From: an archaeon
Lineage (GTDB): Archaea > EX4484-52 > WAPT01
DNA length: 64,000 nt
Reading direction: 5' to 3'
Assembly (NCBI GenBank): GCA_029258795.1
Contig: JAPDKB010000004.1
Coordinates: 67,420 to 131,419 of the forward strand
Part shown: positions 48,313-57,902 of the stretch, in pieces
Position numbering within the stretch: the first letter of the stretch is position 1
Layout: each line of letters opens with the position of its first letter
Program-made: the position numbers and the translations under genes
The notes under the pieces: model-generated
Told to the model about the DNA's origin: nothing
What the model saw: the letters and a program-made list of their open reading frames with translations, nothing else
Database searches by the model: none

Positions 48313-50246
48313 ATGCTCTCCAGAATCTTTCTCACTTCCTCGATGTCCTTGTCAACACTCTTCTCCTTCTTTTCCTCTTTTTTCTCCTTCACTTCTTCCT
48401 TCTTTTTCTTGCTCTTGCCTTTACTCGCTTTCTTTTTTCTCTTTGCAAATCTGTTCTTGAGCTCAGGCAGACCAAAAGCAATGCCAACTATGGCAACTGC
48501 TGCCACAAGCGCGATAACCACACGTTTCAGGCCAGTTGCAACGGGCTTGCTTACTTTTTTCTTTTCTTTTTCCTTCTCAGCAGGCAATGCTGGCTTTGCT
48601 GCCATTCCCGTGATGAGCTGAACAAGCTCATTGCTCACATTTCCAACAACGAGATAAATCACAACATCCTTCTTCATTCCCTTGTTGTTGGTTATGCTCA
48701 CCTGAATTGGGTAAACGCTGTCAGTAATGTTGTATGGAGGTGCAACGTGCAAATAGATGTAACTTTCCTCTCCTGCCTTCAGCTCCAGCGCGGATGGAGT
48801 CGCATCAACCCAAGATGGAAGCTTAGCATAAATGGTGTAGTTCTGTCCTTTCAGCCCTGTGTTCCTGACAAGCACCTTCAACATTTTTGCGCCGCCCTTC
48901 TCAACCCACACTGTCGAGTTTTCAACATCCACAAGCTCAGTTTCAAATCCATAGCATTCCTCCATACTTTTTACGCTGAGCTTGACGCTTGCCTCATCAA
49001 CCCTGCTGTTCTCCGCAACAACCTTTACCTCGTTATCACCAACCTCAAGTTCCTCACCGTCAACTCTCAGGGTAACTGTCTTCGTTTCTCCGCTTTTGAC
49101 TTCCATCTCGTTAACATCCAGCTCTCCCGCGCTGGATGTAAGCTTAACTTCTTCTTCCTTCACACCTAGATTCTTCACAACCACAAGAAAATCAGCAGTT
49201 TCATCAGCACATATCTCCCTTTCCTTTGGAAGCACGACAAGCGCTATACCTTCACAATCCTTAACCTCGAGCTCAATCTCCTTGCTGGTTATTCCAGCCT
49301 TGCTTATAACCTTCACAATCTTCTCCACGTTTCCCGGTGTGGTTTCAGTAATCCTCCAAACAACCTCCTTGCTTTCAGCTGGCTTGAGCAGGAAGTTTGA
49401 TGGCTCCACCTCTCCATCAGCCACAACCTGGAAAACATCTTGCTTGCTTCCCGTGTTGGTGACTCTGAGCTTGATTTCAGCTTCCCTGTTAGCGCACACC
49501 ATCTTAGGAACCTCAACCACCTCAAGCTGCTGAGAATAGCAATCCTTACCATAAACCTCCAGCTGAACTTCCGCCTTCGCATACGAGTTCATTGAGTTGA
49601 ATGTTATGGTGGCAACATCCACACCTTCCTTTATTGGTATGCCGACTATCACTTCCCTTTCCTCACTTGGAGCAAGGGTCAGTTTATCCTCATTTGCATA
49701 CCCATTTTTAACTTCCACCGCTACATCCTCGTTTTCCATACCCTCGTTTTTCAGAACAACGGGTACTGTTACAACATCACCATAGCAGCCCTCAACCCTC
49801 ATAACCTCTGTGGTGGCTTTGAGAACGTGGCATGGAAGCACATCAACGCTCAGCGTTTTCTTGATTTCAAAGGAATCTCCGCTCTCATCCTTACCATAAA
49901 TCTCAATCTCGACCTCCCTCACGCCCGGCTCAGCCTCGCATGATGGAGTTATGTATATGTAGATGTTTTCCAGACTCATTCCTTCAAGTTCCACAACATC
50001 AGGAGCAACCATGACCCAAGAAGAATGGGATTTCACCTCAGCGCTCACATGCAAGTTTTCGTTGTTGATCAGCTTTGCCACCACCACGTTTGTCTGGCAG
50101 GGACATGTTTTAAGGGATGCTGTGCTCAAAGAGAGCTCAACATCGGGAGATGAGGCAGCAACGACATTTCCAAAAAGCATGATGACCACAACCACTATTA
50201 TTGTTATCCACACATTTTTCAGCCCCTTCATCTTTCTCACCACCAC
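48309..50246 (-). CDS. Cell-surface protein with tandem Ig/NEW3-like domains and C-terminal TM anchor
   Basis: Signal peptide, repeated VxNxG..LxPxExK modules, TM helix and Lys-rich tail. Confidence 0.8.
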   Translation of the reverse strand: MVVRKMKGLKNVWITIIVVVVIMLFGNVVAASSPDVELSLSTASLKTCPCQTNVVVAKLINNENLHVSAEVKSHSSWVMVAPDVVELEGMSLENIYIYITPSCEAEPGVREVEIEIYGKDESGDSFEIKKTLSVDVLPCHVLKATTEVMRVEGCYGDVVTVPVVLKNEGMENEDVAVEVKNGYANEDKLTLAPSEEREVIVGIPIKEGVDVATITFNSMNSYAKAEVQLEVYGKDCYSQQLEVVEVPKMVCANREAEIKLRVTNTGSKQDVFQVVADGEVEPSNFLLKPAESKEVVWRITETTPGNVEKIVKVISKAGITSKEIELEVKDCEGIALVVLPKEREICADETADFLVVVKNLGVKEEEVKLTSSAGELDVNEMEVKSGETKTVTLRVDGEELEVGDNEVKVVAENSRVDEASVKLSVKSMEECYGFETELVDVENSTVWVEKGGAKMLKVLVRNTGLKGQNYTIYAKLPSWVDATPSALELKAGEESYIYLHVAPPYNITDSVYPIQVSITNNKGMKKDVVIYLVVGNVSNELVQLITGMAAKPALPAEKEKEKKKVSKPVATGLKRVVIALVAAVAIVGIAFGLPELKNRFAKRKKKASKGKSKKKKEEVKEKKEEKKEKSVDKDIEEVRKILESI

Positions 50247-50291
50247 TCAGTTCTAAATTTATGTAATGACTAAATAATTTGAACATAACAT

Positions 50292-51569
50292 TTAATAAAT
50301 TATCTGCTCCCTTCTTGCAGGATAAATCTCCAGCTTTGCAGCTTTCTTGACCTCCTCCAGTTTCAGAGGTTTACCTTTTGTTCCCTTTTTCATTAAGCTC
50401 GCGATTTTTCTCAGCTCCTTGCTCACGGGCTCCCTCGCAACCATTTCTCGCTTTCTGGGCAGAATTGCCATAATCATCACAAACACGAAAATCGCGAAAA
50501 TGATTGCAGCCCCCTTCAAACTTGGTATGAATGGCAGTTCAACCTCCCTGTAAAGGCTTTTACCCACCACGTTAACCTCAACGTTGCTCTTCCACACCTC
50601 TTCGCCGTTCTTCAACACCACAATCTCAATCATACCCTCTCCAACCACCTTGCCATTCACAAACACTCCCACTGTTTTCTCCTCCCCCGCTTCCATGAAA
50701 AAGGGGGCTGGAGCTCTCACGTCAATATCGCCCTCAACAACCCTTGCCCTGACTTCAAACACTCCTCGCTGATCGTTATTCTTGATGTTGATCTTCAGCA
50801 TGTTTCCCTCCCCCTGAATCAGCTGAAGATAACCGGTGGTTGGCACAACACCAACCGGCATTTCAAGATTTCCAGCTGATTCCCCTCCATCATTCTCATC
50901 TTCAACAGCTTCAACATACACTCTCTTTGAGACCTTGTTTTTGCCGTACTTCACGCTTATTTCATGCACTTCTGGCTCATCAAAAACAATGGTTGTGCTG
51001 AACTTTCCTTCCACCACCTTCTCCATCTTAACGCTTCTCCCGTCCAGATAAATGCTAACATAATCATTATCCACAGGTTCACTTCCAACAAACACGCTCC
51101 CTTCAACGCTGATGACTTCTCCCTCTTTCACGCTTGATAGCATTTCAATCTGAATGCTGACTGGAGAAAAAGTAAGGTAGAATGCTTTGGAACTCAAAAC
51201 ATCCCCATCCTTGTCCTCCACCTTCACAACCGCAAGATACGTTCCAGCTTTTTCCGGAGCTTCAAAAATCACCCTTGCATTATGGATTTGAGATGGATTA
51301 AGAGAAAAATAGGATGATGTGCCCTTCTTTCCACCAACCTCAAGCACAACCATAACATTGTTTAAGGTTGATAGTCCATCATTCCTCACCAGTACATCAA
51401 GCGTATTGAGGGTTCCAGCACCCATAGCTGCTGATGCACGAAGCTCAACAATTTCCACCTTATCATTAACTGCCAGAGCACAGCTGAAACTTGACAAAAA
51501 AACCAAAACCAGCATGAACATCATCTTCATGACTTTCCCGAATATCATCCCTATCACCAACGTTACCAC
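50292..51569 (-). CDS. CARDB/Ig-like cell-surface protein with C-terminal TM
   Basis: Signal peptide, VLVRNDG, APEKAGTY, C-terminal TM. Confidence 0.75.
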   Translation of the reverse strand: MVTLVIGMIFGKVMKMMFMLVLVFLSSFSCALAVNDKVEIVELRASAAMGAGTLNTLDVLVRNDGLSTLNNVMVVLEVGGKKGTSSYFSLNPSQIHNARVIFEAPEKAGTYLAVVKVEDKDGDVLSSKAFYLTFSPVSIQIEMLSSVKEGEVISVEGSVFVGSEPVDNDYVSIYLDGRSVKMEKVVEGKFSTTIVFDEPEVHEISVKYGKNKVSKRVYVEAVEDENDGGESAGNLEMPVGVVPTTGYLQLIQGEGNMLKINIKNNDQRGVFEVRARVVEGDIDVRAPAPFFMEAGEEKTVGVFVNGKVVGEGMIEIVVLKNGEEVWKSNVEVNVVGKSLYREVELPFIPSLKGAAIIFAIFVFVMIMAILPRKREMVAREPVSKELRKIASLMKKGTKGKPLKLEEVKKAAKLEIYPARREQIIY

Positions 51570-51668
51570 TTACTTGTAGTTAATTTTTATCAAAAAGATT
51601 TAAAAAGTTTCTCTCAAGCAGAGCCCCAGAACCAATCATTTTTAAAGCTCCAGACAGAAAGTTTCTCC

Positions 51669-52700
51669 ATGCGCGAGGCCTTATTCTGGAAAAAAGAAGG
51701 GAAAAATGTAAAATGTGAGCTTTGCCCGTTTAATTGTGTTATTCCGGAGGGAAAGGTTGGAAATTGTGGAGTCCGGAAAAATGTAGGAGGAAAGCTTTAC
51801 TCTCTGGTTTATGGGAAAGTTGCGGCTTATCATGTTGATCCCATAGAAAAAAAGCCCCTCTACCATTTTGCTCCAGCCACTCAAACCTTCTCCATAGCCA
51901 CGGTTGGATGCAATTTTCACTGTGTCCACTGCCAGAACTGGGAGCTCTCACAGAGCAAGAGGATAATGGGAATTGAAATGAGCCCCGAGGAGATTGTGGA
52001 GAGGTGCAAAAGAGCTGGTGCGCAGGGCATCTCTTATACTTACACAGAGCCCACAGTTTTCTTCGAGTTCGCTCTTGACACAATGAAGCTCGCAAGAAAG
52101 GAGGATTTGTACAATGTCTTCGTGACGAACGGCTTCATAAATGAAGCTCCTCTAAAACTTGCAGCAAAGTATCTTGATGCTGCCAACGTGGATGTTAAGG
52201 CGTTCAGGGATGAATTTTACAGAGAGATATGCAAAGCACCAAGCCTTGAGCCAGTAAAGAGGACAGTTGAGCTGCTGAACAGGTTGGGAGTGCATGTTGA
52301 GGTCACATACCTCATAATCCCGAACAGGAATGACAGCATGGAGGAAATTGGTGAAATGTGTGAGTGGCTTGTGAGTGTGGATGACGAAATACCTCTCCAC
52401 TTTTCAAGATACCACCCTGATTACATGTTGAACGAGCCCCTCACACCGTTGGATACCCTTTTGAAAGCAAGAGAAACCGCACTTAAAAAAGGTCTGAAGT
52501 ACGTTTATCTGGGCAACGTGATGGTCAGGGAAGCGCTCAACACCTACTGTCCTAGCTGCCACCATCTGCTCATCGAGAGGGATTACATGCAGACGTTGAG
52601 AGTGGATGTGGGTGATAGTGTTGACCAGCCAACATGCCCTGCTTGCGGGTCAAACGTAAGAATCTCTGGCCTGAAATACACCAGGATGGTGATGGAATGA
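51669..52700 (+). CDS. amrS: AmmeMemoRadiSam radical SAM enzyme
   Basis: CELCPFNC..G.CGVR, DPIEKKPLYHF, GCNFHCVHCQNW, YTYTEP, PLHFSRYHP. Confidence 0.94.
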   Translation: MREALFWKKEGKNVKCELCPFNCVIPEGKVGNCGVRKNVGGKLYSLVYGKVAAYHVDPIEKKPLYHFAPATQTFSIATVGCNFHCVHCQNWELSQSKRIMGIEMSPEEIVERCKRAGAQGISYTYTEPTVFFEFALDTMKLARKEDLYNVFVTNGFINEAPLKLAAKYLDAANVDVKAFRDEFYREICKAPSLEPVKRTVELLNRLGVHVEVTYLIIPNRNDSMEEIGEMCEWLVSVDDEIPLHFSRYHPDYMLNEPLTPLDTLLKARETALKKGLKYVYLGNVMVREALNTYCPSCHHLLIERDYMQTLRVDVGDSVDQPTCPACGSNVRISGLKYTRMVME

Positions 52701-53578
52701 GGAGAAAATTTGCTTCATTCATTCTACCAATTATCCTGTTTTTCATGATTGGAAATATGGCAATGGGAGAAAGCTTCACCTATATCGACATTCTTGTCAA
52801 TCCCGATAACTCCATCACCGCTGTGATTAACGCGAGGAGCGATTACGATTTTATCTCCTTGATGCTTCCCTACGATGCAGAGGTTGTTGATTTCAGCGTT
52901 GATGGCACACCCTCTTTATCTGCATGCAAAGAAGAAAGAAAGGTTGATGGCACGCTCATAAATTGCAGCGTGGAGAATGGGTCATTCATCACGCTGAAAT
53001 TCACCAGCTCGGATGCGGTTATGATGAGCGGGGATGAGCTCCTTTTTTTAATGCGCCTCATTTTTTACCAGAATTATGATGTGTGTAAAATCAAATTAAC
53101 CCTTCCAGAAAATTACATCATCGCATCTAATGAGCACGCTGAGCCATTGATAATCCCATCTCCATATCAGCTATACACTGCAGGTAACAATCAGATAGTG
53201 CTCTGGAATGTAAAGTGTGGAGAAAATGCTTTGGTGGAGCTTTTCGTTGCAGGGAAGCGCGCTTCAAAGTTTTCCGTGCCATTATATGTTGCTATTCCTA
53301 TAGCAGCAATAGCACTCATTGTTATCTCTTTCTTTTTCTTAAGGAAAAGGAAACACCCCGACATTTTTGACAAATTTTTGGTCAGGGATGAAAAAATGAT
53401 AATTGATCTCCTAAAAAACAAAAAAGAGATGAAGCAAAAAGAGATAGTTAGAGCGACTGGCTTTTCCAAAGCAAAGGTTTCCAGGTTGCTCAGAAATCTG
53501 GAAATGAGGGGAGTGGTGGTCAGAGAAAAGGTAGGGAACGCATGTATTGTGAAGCTTAAGGAAGAGGAAGAAGAATAA
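52697..53578 (+). CDS. Membrane-tethered wHTH protein (COG2512-like)
   Basis: Signal, extracellular beta domain, TM, then QKEIVRATGFSKAKVSRLLRNLE.RG. Confidence 0.85.
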   Translation: MRRKFASFILPIILFFMIGNMAMGESFTYIDILVNPDNSITAVINARSDYDFISLMLPYDAEVVDFSVDGTPSLSACKEERKVDGTLINCSVENGSFITLKFTSSDAVMMSGDELLFLMRLIFYQNYDVCKIKLTLPENYIIASNEHAEPLIIPSPYQLYTAGNNQIVLWNVKCGENALVELFVAGKRASKFSVPLYVAIPIAAIALIVISFFFLRKRKHPDIFDKFLVRDEKMIIDLLKNKKEMKQKEIVRATGFSKAKVSRLLRNLEMRGVVVREKVGNACIVKLKEEEEE

Positions 53579-53583
53579 CAACT

Positions 53584-53632
53584 TGTTTCAGATTGTTTCA
53601 CTTGTTTCACGAAGTTCTTAAATGCTGTTTCA
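53584..53632 (+). promoter_or_regulatory. TGTTTCA repeat array around a TATA-like TTCTTAAAT
   Basis: TGTTTCA at 53584, 53594, 53603 and 53626. Confidence 0.65.
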
Positions 53633-53676
53633 TTCAGAATAATGTTTAGAAAGAAAAACTTTAGAGGTGACGTGTC

Positions 53677-55164
53677 ATGAAAATCGCAAGCTTAATCGTG
53701 GTGCTCGCGCTAACCGTATTTGGGCTTGCGCTCGCACCAGCAGCGATGGCGCAGGATGCAGCGGATGCTTCAGCGCAGCAGGACGTTGTAAGTGTAATGA
53801 AGGAAACAGAAAACCCGGGTATTCTGCCAGATAGTCCGTTTTATGGGTTAAAGACAGGCTTTGAGAAGATAAGATTGATGTTGGTGAGGGACAGAATTAA
53901 GCGTGCAGAGATGGCACTGGAACTAGCGCAGAAAAGATTGAAGGAAGCTAAAATACTGGCAGCGATGGGCAAGCCAGAAGCAATGGAGAAAGCCATGAGG
54001 AATTACGATGCCATAATGGAAAGATTGGAAGCTGAGCTGGAGAAGGCACAGGCAGCAAATGACACCGAGAGGGTTGCGATGATAGAGGGCTTGATGGCTC
54101 AGCTCGAGATGCACATGGAAGAGATTGAGGATGCGGAAACAGTTGCGGGCGTGGCTATTCAGGACAACAGGACAAGAGAGGCAGTGCTGCAGAAGCTGGA
54201 TGAGATCAGGAAGAGAATAGAGGAAAGGAAGATGAAGGTTAATGCCAAGAGGGAAATGGTCAAGGAGATGATCAAGAAGCGCTACAACCTGACGGATGAG
54301 CAGGCAGAAGCGATGCTTGAAAAAGCAAGGAAAGAGATGGCAGAGAAAAACATAAAGGCGAGAGCAGAACTCGAGTTGAAAAAGGCAAACCGCACCATAG
54401 TGAGAGTGGAAGCGCTCATATCCAAAATGGAGGAAAGAAATGCTAGCAGCGAGAGGATGGAGCATGCCAATGAGATGTTAGCCACAGCCAAAGAGCTTTA
54501 CCAGGAGGCGATGGACAACTATACTGGTGGAGATTACTTCACTGCATGGGAGCTGGCTAAAGAAAGCCAGAGGATGGCACACCTGGCTGTTGCAAGACCA
54601 TCAGAACAGGCACTATACCGCTTCCTTGAAAGGAAGAAAATGAGGGAGCGCTATGCCTGCGGTCCACAGGATGCAGAAAGGATTGCATCCAAACTTGTGC
54701 CAGGTGCGGACTGCAAGGTAACAGGAGAAATGAAAGGACTCTATGCTGTGAGGTGCAGAGCTGGAGATAAAATTGAGAGATTTGCTGTGAGAGCAAGAGA
54801 TTGCGAGACAAGGAATGTAAAAGACCTTACACAGATGCGAGCAGAAGTTGCGAGAGCAATAAGGGAGAGAAGAGCAATGGGTGCAGGACTTGGAGTTATG
54901 GAACAGGAAAGAGCTATGATAGCTGAAGAGCTGAGGGAAAGGCTCAGAGAACTCAAGGAAGAAAAGGGAAACGTGACTCCAGAGGATGTCAAAAACGTGT
55001 TGAATGAAATCATTCGAGAGAGGGTAGGGCAGTACCAGAACATTATAGAGGAAGGTGCTCAAGAAACCAATGAAACTCCAGCCACAGAAACACCAGCTAA
55101 CAATGAATCTGGACTGAAGGGTGGAAGTGAAGAAGCTCCACCGATGCCAGTTCCGTCAGTTTAA
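53677..55164 (+). CDS. Secreted DUF5667-domain helical protein
   Basis: Signal peptide, PGILPDSPFYGLK..FEKIRL, AQKRLKE, long coiled coils; GAGGTGA SD. Confidence 0.85.
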   Translation: MKIASLIVVLALTVFGLALAPAAMAQDAADASAQQDVVSVMKETENPGILPDSPFYGLKTGFEKIRLMLVRDRIKRAEMALELAQKRLKEAKILAAMGKPEAMEKAMRNYDAIMERLEAELEKAQAANDTERVAMIEGLMAQLEMHMEEIEDAETVAGVAIQDNRTREAVLQKLDEIRKRIEERKMKVNAKREMVKEMIKKRYNLTDEQAEAMLEKARKEMAEKNIKARAELELKKANRTIVRVEALISKMEERNASSERMEHANEMLATAKELYQEAMDNYTGGDYFTAWELAKESQRMAHLAVARPSEQALYRFLERKKMRERYACGPQDAERIASKLVPGADCKVTGEMKGLYAVRCRAGDKIERFAVRARDCETRNVKDLTQMRAEVARAIRERRAMGAGLGVMEQERAMIAEELRERLRELKEEKGNVTPEDVKNVLNEIIRERVGQYQNIIEEGAQETNETPATETPANNESGLKGGSEEAPPMPVPSV

Positions 55165-55269
55165 TGCTGACGGGTCTTCCCTTTCTTTATTTTTAATTTT
55201 TGAAACCAACGCATGACTTTTCCTGCACGAAGCTTGCTTATCCAAAAACAAACTTATTTAAATTCTAAT

Positions 55270-55306
55270 TGTTTCATTAAAATGCAGTGGTTCTTAAAAC
55301 GTTTCA
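55270..55306 (+). promoter_or_regulatory. Second TGTTTCA..GTTCTTAAA..GTTTCA promoter/operator
   Basis: Same element order as 53603-53632. Confidence 0.55.
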
Positions 55307-55318
55307 AGAGGTGATTAT

Positions 55319-55765
55319 GTGGAAAAAATCACGAAAGAAGATGAAAAAAAGCTTCTTGATGATGGATGGATAAAGATGTGGATTCTTTTTGATGTTCAGA
55401 GTAATGATAGAGGGCATGCTGAAAAAGCACTCCACGACCATGTTGAAAAGATGAAGAAGGAGAAATGGTTAAAGGTGTCCAAAGAAAATTATGTTGAGAC
55501 CGAGGAGGTGGATGCTCCACCGGCTTTAAGGGCGAGAGGCATCCAGAAAATGTATTCCAAACTTTATGAGGCCGTGGTGTTTGTAAAGGGTGTTGAAGCA
55601 GCCATGAACTTTGTGGTCAATTATGCTCCCTCAGCTCTTGAAATAATAGCTCCTGATGAAATGAAGGTCAAGACCTCAGAGCTGCAGAATGCTCTGGTGA
55701 CTGTAGCAGATATATTGCACAAGTTCGCGCAGATGGGGCTGGGCGGAGTGGTGATCTCCAGATGA
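55319..55765 (+). CDS. Conserved archaeal hypothetical protein
   Basis: GAGGTGA SD; FVVNYAPSALEIIAP motif. Confidence 0.75.
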   Translation: MEKITKEDEKKLLDDGWIKMWILFDVQSNDRGHAEKALHDHVEKMKKEKWLKVSKENYVETEEVDAPPALRARGIQKMYSKLYEAVVFVKGVEAAMNFVVNYAPSALEIIAPDEMKVKTSELQNALVTVADILHKFAQMGLGGVVISR

Positions 55766-56664
55766 AATCAGCATATTTGATTTTGGGAGTTTTGGTTGCG
55801 TTTTTTGTAGTGAGCACTATAACCTTCGCTTCCATCATAGATGAGCATCAGATCAACATTTTTCTCAGCAAGGAGGGGTCAGCTATCATAAAAGCCAGAG
55901 TCAAATATGCGGAGCTAACAACCGAAGATGTACCGTACTTCATGATGGTGGATGTTAGGAGGGTTAATGCCTATGCCGACGGAACTCAGTTAAATTGCAC
56001 AGTTTCTCAAAGACCTTACGGAACCTATATTTCATGCATGAGGCCCGACACCACCACACCACTATACAATTACACGGTGGAGTTCGAAATCTACACATCA
56101 AAGCTAACAACCTATAATGGCGGAGTTTATCGTTTCCTCTACAACTACGGTGTCAGGGAGCCCACAAAGAAAATCAGTGTTGTGCTTTACCTTCCAGAGG
56201 GATACGCGTTGGTTAAAGAATCGAGATTCAGGGAGAAGCCATATTATCCGCAAAACGGCATTACAGGTAGCGATGGCAGACGCCTCACCATAACTTGGGG
56301 AATATCTAACCCGAAACTGGGTGAGACCCTCAGCTTCAGCGCTTTGTATGAGTATGTTGGCACCACAAGCACAAACATGACTCCTTATTATCTTAGCTTA
56401 CCTGTGATGCTCGCGCTTTTTTACATCGTGTTGAGGCGTAGAAAAACTGATGTGATGGAAGTGCTCACCGATGATGAACGCGCCATAATAGATGTGCTGA
56501 AAGAAGCCGGAAACAGGATGATAAAGCAGAAGGATATTGTTAAGGCAACGAACTTTTCAAAGGCAAAGGTTTCCAGATTGCTTGCGGAGCTGGAGGAAAG
56601 AGGGCTGGTAAAGAGGGAAAGGGTAGGGAGAACAAACCGCGTGAAGCTCGTGAAAAAAGTTTAG
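55762..56664 (+). CDS. Membrane-tethered wHTH protein (COG2512-like), paralog
   Basis: Signal, LPEGY beta domain, TM, then QKDIVKATNFSKAKVSRLLAELEERG. Confidence 0.85.
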   Translation: MKSAYLILGVLVAFFVVSTITFASIIDEHQINIFLSKEGSAIIKARVKYAELTTEDVPYFMMVDVRRVNAYADGTQLNCTVSQRPYGTYISCMRPDTTTPLYNYTVEFEIYTSKLTTYNGGVYRFLYNYGVREPTKKISVVLYLPEGYALVKESRFREKPYYPQNGITGSDGRRLTITWGISNPKLGETLSFSALYEYVGTTSTNMTPYYLSLPVMLALFYIVLRRRKTDVMEVLTDDERAIIDVLKEAGNRMIKQKDIVKATNFSKAKVSRLLAELEERGLVKRERVGRTNRVKLVKKV

Positions 56665-57077
56665 CCCTCCTGCTTTTTCTCTGCCCTTGCTATTCTTGGC
56701 ACGGGAAGTATGGGTGGTAGCTGTAGTTCGTTTGCTATGAAGAAAGCTTTTGGAGTCACACTCCTGAAGATGAAGTTCATGACCTCAGTGTTGATGTTTT
56801 CAGGAAGTTTTTTGTTTTTCTGCCATTCCTTGTACGCTTTATCCGCATCTCCCATGTAAACCAAGTTTCCATCAATCTTCAGTTTTCCCACGTCTGGATT
56901 GAAGCTCACATCGAAAGAGAACTTCACTATCAGCACGTCTCTCGGCTTTTCCGCCACGCCTTCAAGCTTCGATTTTTCCACATCCGCAATTGAAGGGGTG
57001 AGCTTAACCTCGACTCTTGGGGCGGCACCCTTTCTTTCCGCCTCTATTTTATCTATGGTCAACCCTATCACTGCCAT
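56661..57077 (-). CDS. Conserved archaeal hypothetical protein (possibly SecB-like fold)
   Basis: IGLTIDKIEAER..FSFDVSF.P.VG.L.I.G..LQLPP..P. Confidence 0.7.
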   Translation of the reverse strand: MAVIGLTIDKIEAERKGAAPRVEVKLTPSIADVEKSKLEGVAEKPRDVLIVKFSFDVSFNPDVGKLKIDGNLVYMGDADKAYKEWQKNKKLPENINTEVMNFIFRSVTPKAFFIANELQLPPILPVPRIARAEKKQEG

Positions 57078-57173
57078 TTTTCATCACCTCTTTCAAAACA
57101 TTATTGGCTGAAGTTTTTAAATGGAATGGAGGCGTAAGTTTTATTAGGTAGTTCAGGTTAAATTAAGTTTAAC

Positions 57174-57902
57174 ATGCCAGGAGATAGAGCCGGCAGTGGA
57201 ATTCCAGGACTGGATAAATATCTGAGCGGGGGGTTTCCCCAAGGGAGTGTGATGCTGCTTTCCGGTGCTCCAGGTACAGGAAAGACCATATTTGGCTTGC
57301 AGTACGCCTATTATGGAGCGAGAAATAAGGAGCCAGCTCTCTACGTTTCTTTCGAACAGACGGTGGAGAGCCTGAAAGACACCGCCAAGAAGCTGGGTAT
57401 GGATGTTGATAAGATGGAGAAGGAAAAGAAGATGAGGATCGTGAGAATTTCTGACCCTTCCGACATAGGTGAGGTGCTTGAAGCCATAAGGAATGAGATA
57501 AGAAAGCTGAAGGCAAAGCGCCTCGTTATAGATTCCATCTCTGTAATTGAGATTTTTCTTACCTCATATCGGTCCGTGATAAAGGATCTGCCACCTGAAG
57601 CCCTCGGAAACCCGGAGCTTGTTATGATATACCCGAAAGGGCTGATAAGAAGGATGATATACAGAATAATGGACTTCTTACATGAGCTCGGAACAACAAC
57701 CCTGCTCATAGCTCAGGAAGATGAAAGCGGTGAGCATGCCGTAGCAAAGTACGCAGCTGACGGCGTCATCAAGCTGGAGATGGAAGTGCTCGGTAGAATG
57801 CTGCAGAGAACTCTTTCGATAATAAAGATGCGCGACACTCCAATAGATGGTGGAAGATACGAGATGGAGATAACGAACAGGGGAATAAAGCTGATTGACT
57901 AG
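57174..57902 (+). CDS. KaiC/RAD55-family ATPase
   Basis: SGIPGLD, GAPGTGKT, YVSFEQ, RLVIDSIS, IIKMR. Confidence 0.93.
   Translation: MPGDRAGSGIPGLDKYLSGGFPQGSVMLLSGAPGTGKTIFGLQYAYYGARNKEPALYVSFEQTVESLKDTAKKLGMDVDKMEKEKKMRIVRISDPSDIGEVLEAIRNEIRKLKAKRLVIDSISVIEIFLTSYRSVIKDLPPEALGNPELVMIYPKGLIRRMIYRIMDFLHELGTTTLLIAQEDESGEHAVAKYAADGVIKLEMEVLGRMLQRTLSIIKMRDTPIDGGRYEMEITNRGIKLID

Noticed and set aside
53923-55062. Minus-strand ORFs over the DUF5667 gene
   Set aside because: Shadows of a Glu/Lys/Arg-rich coding strand.
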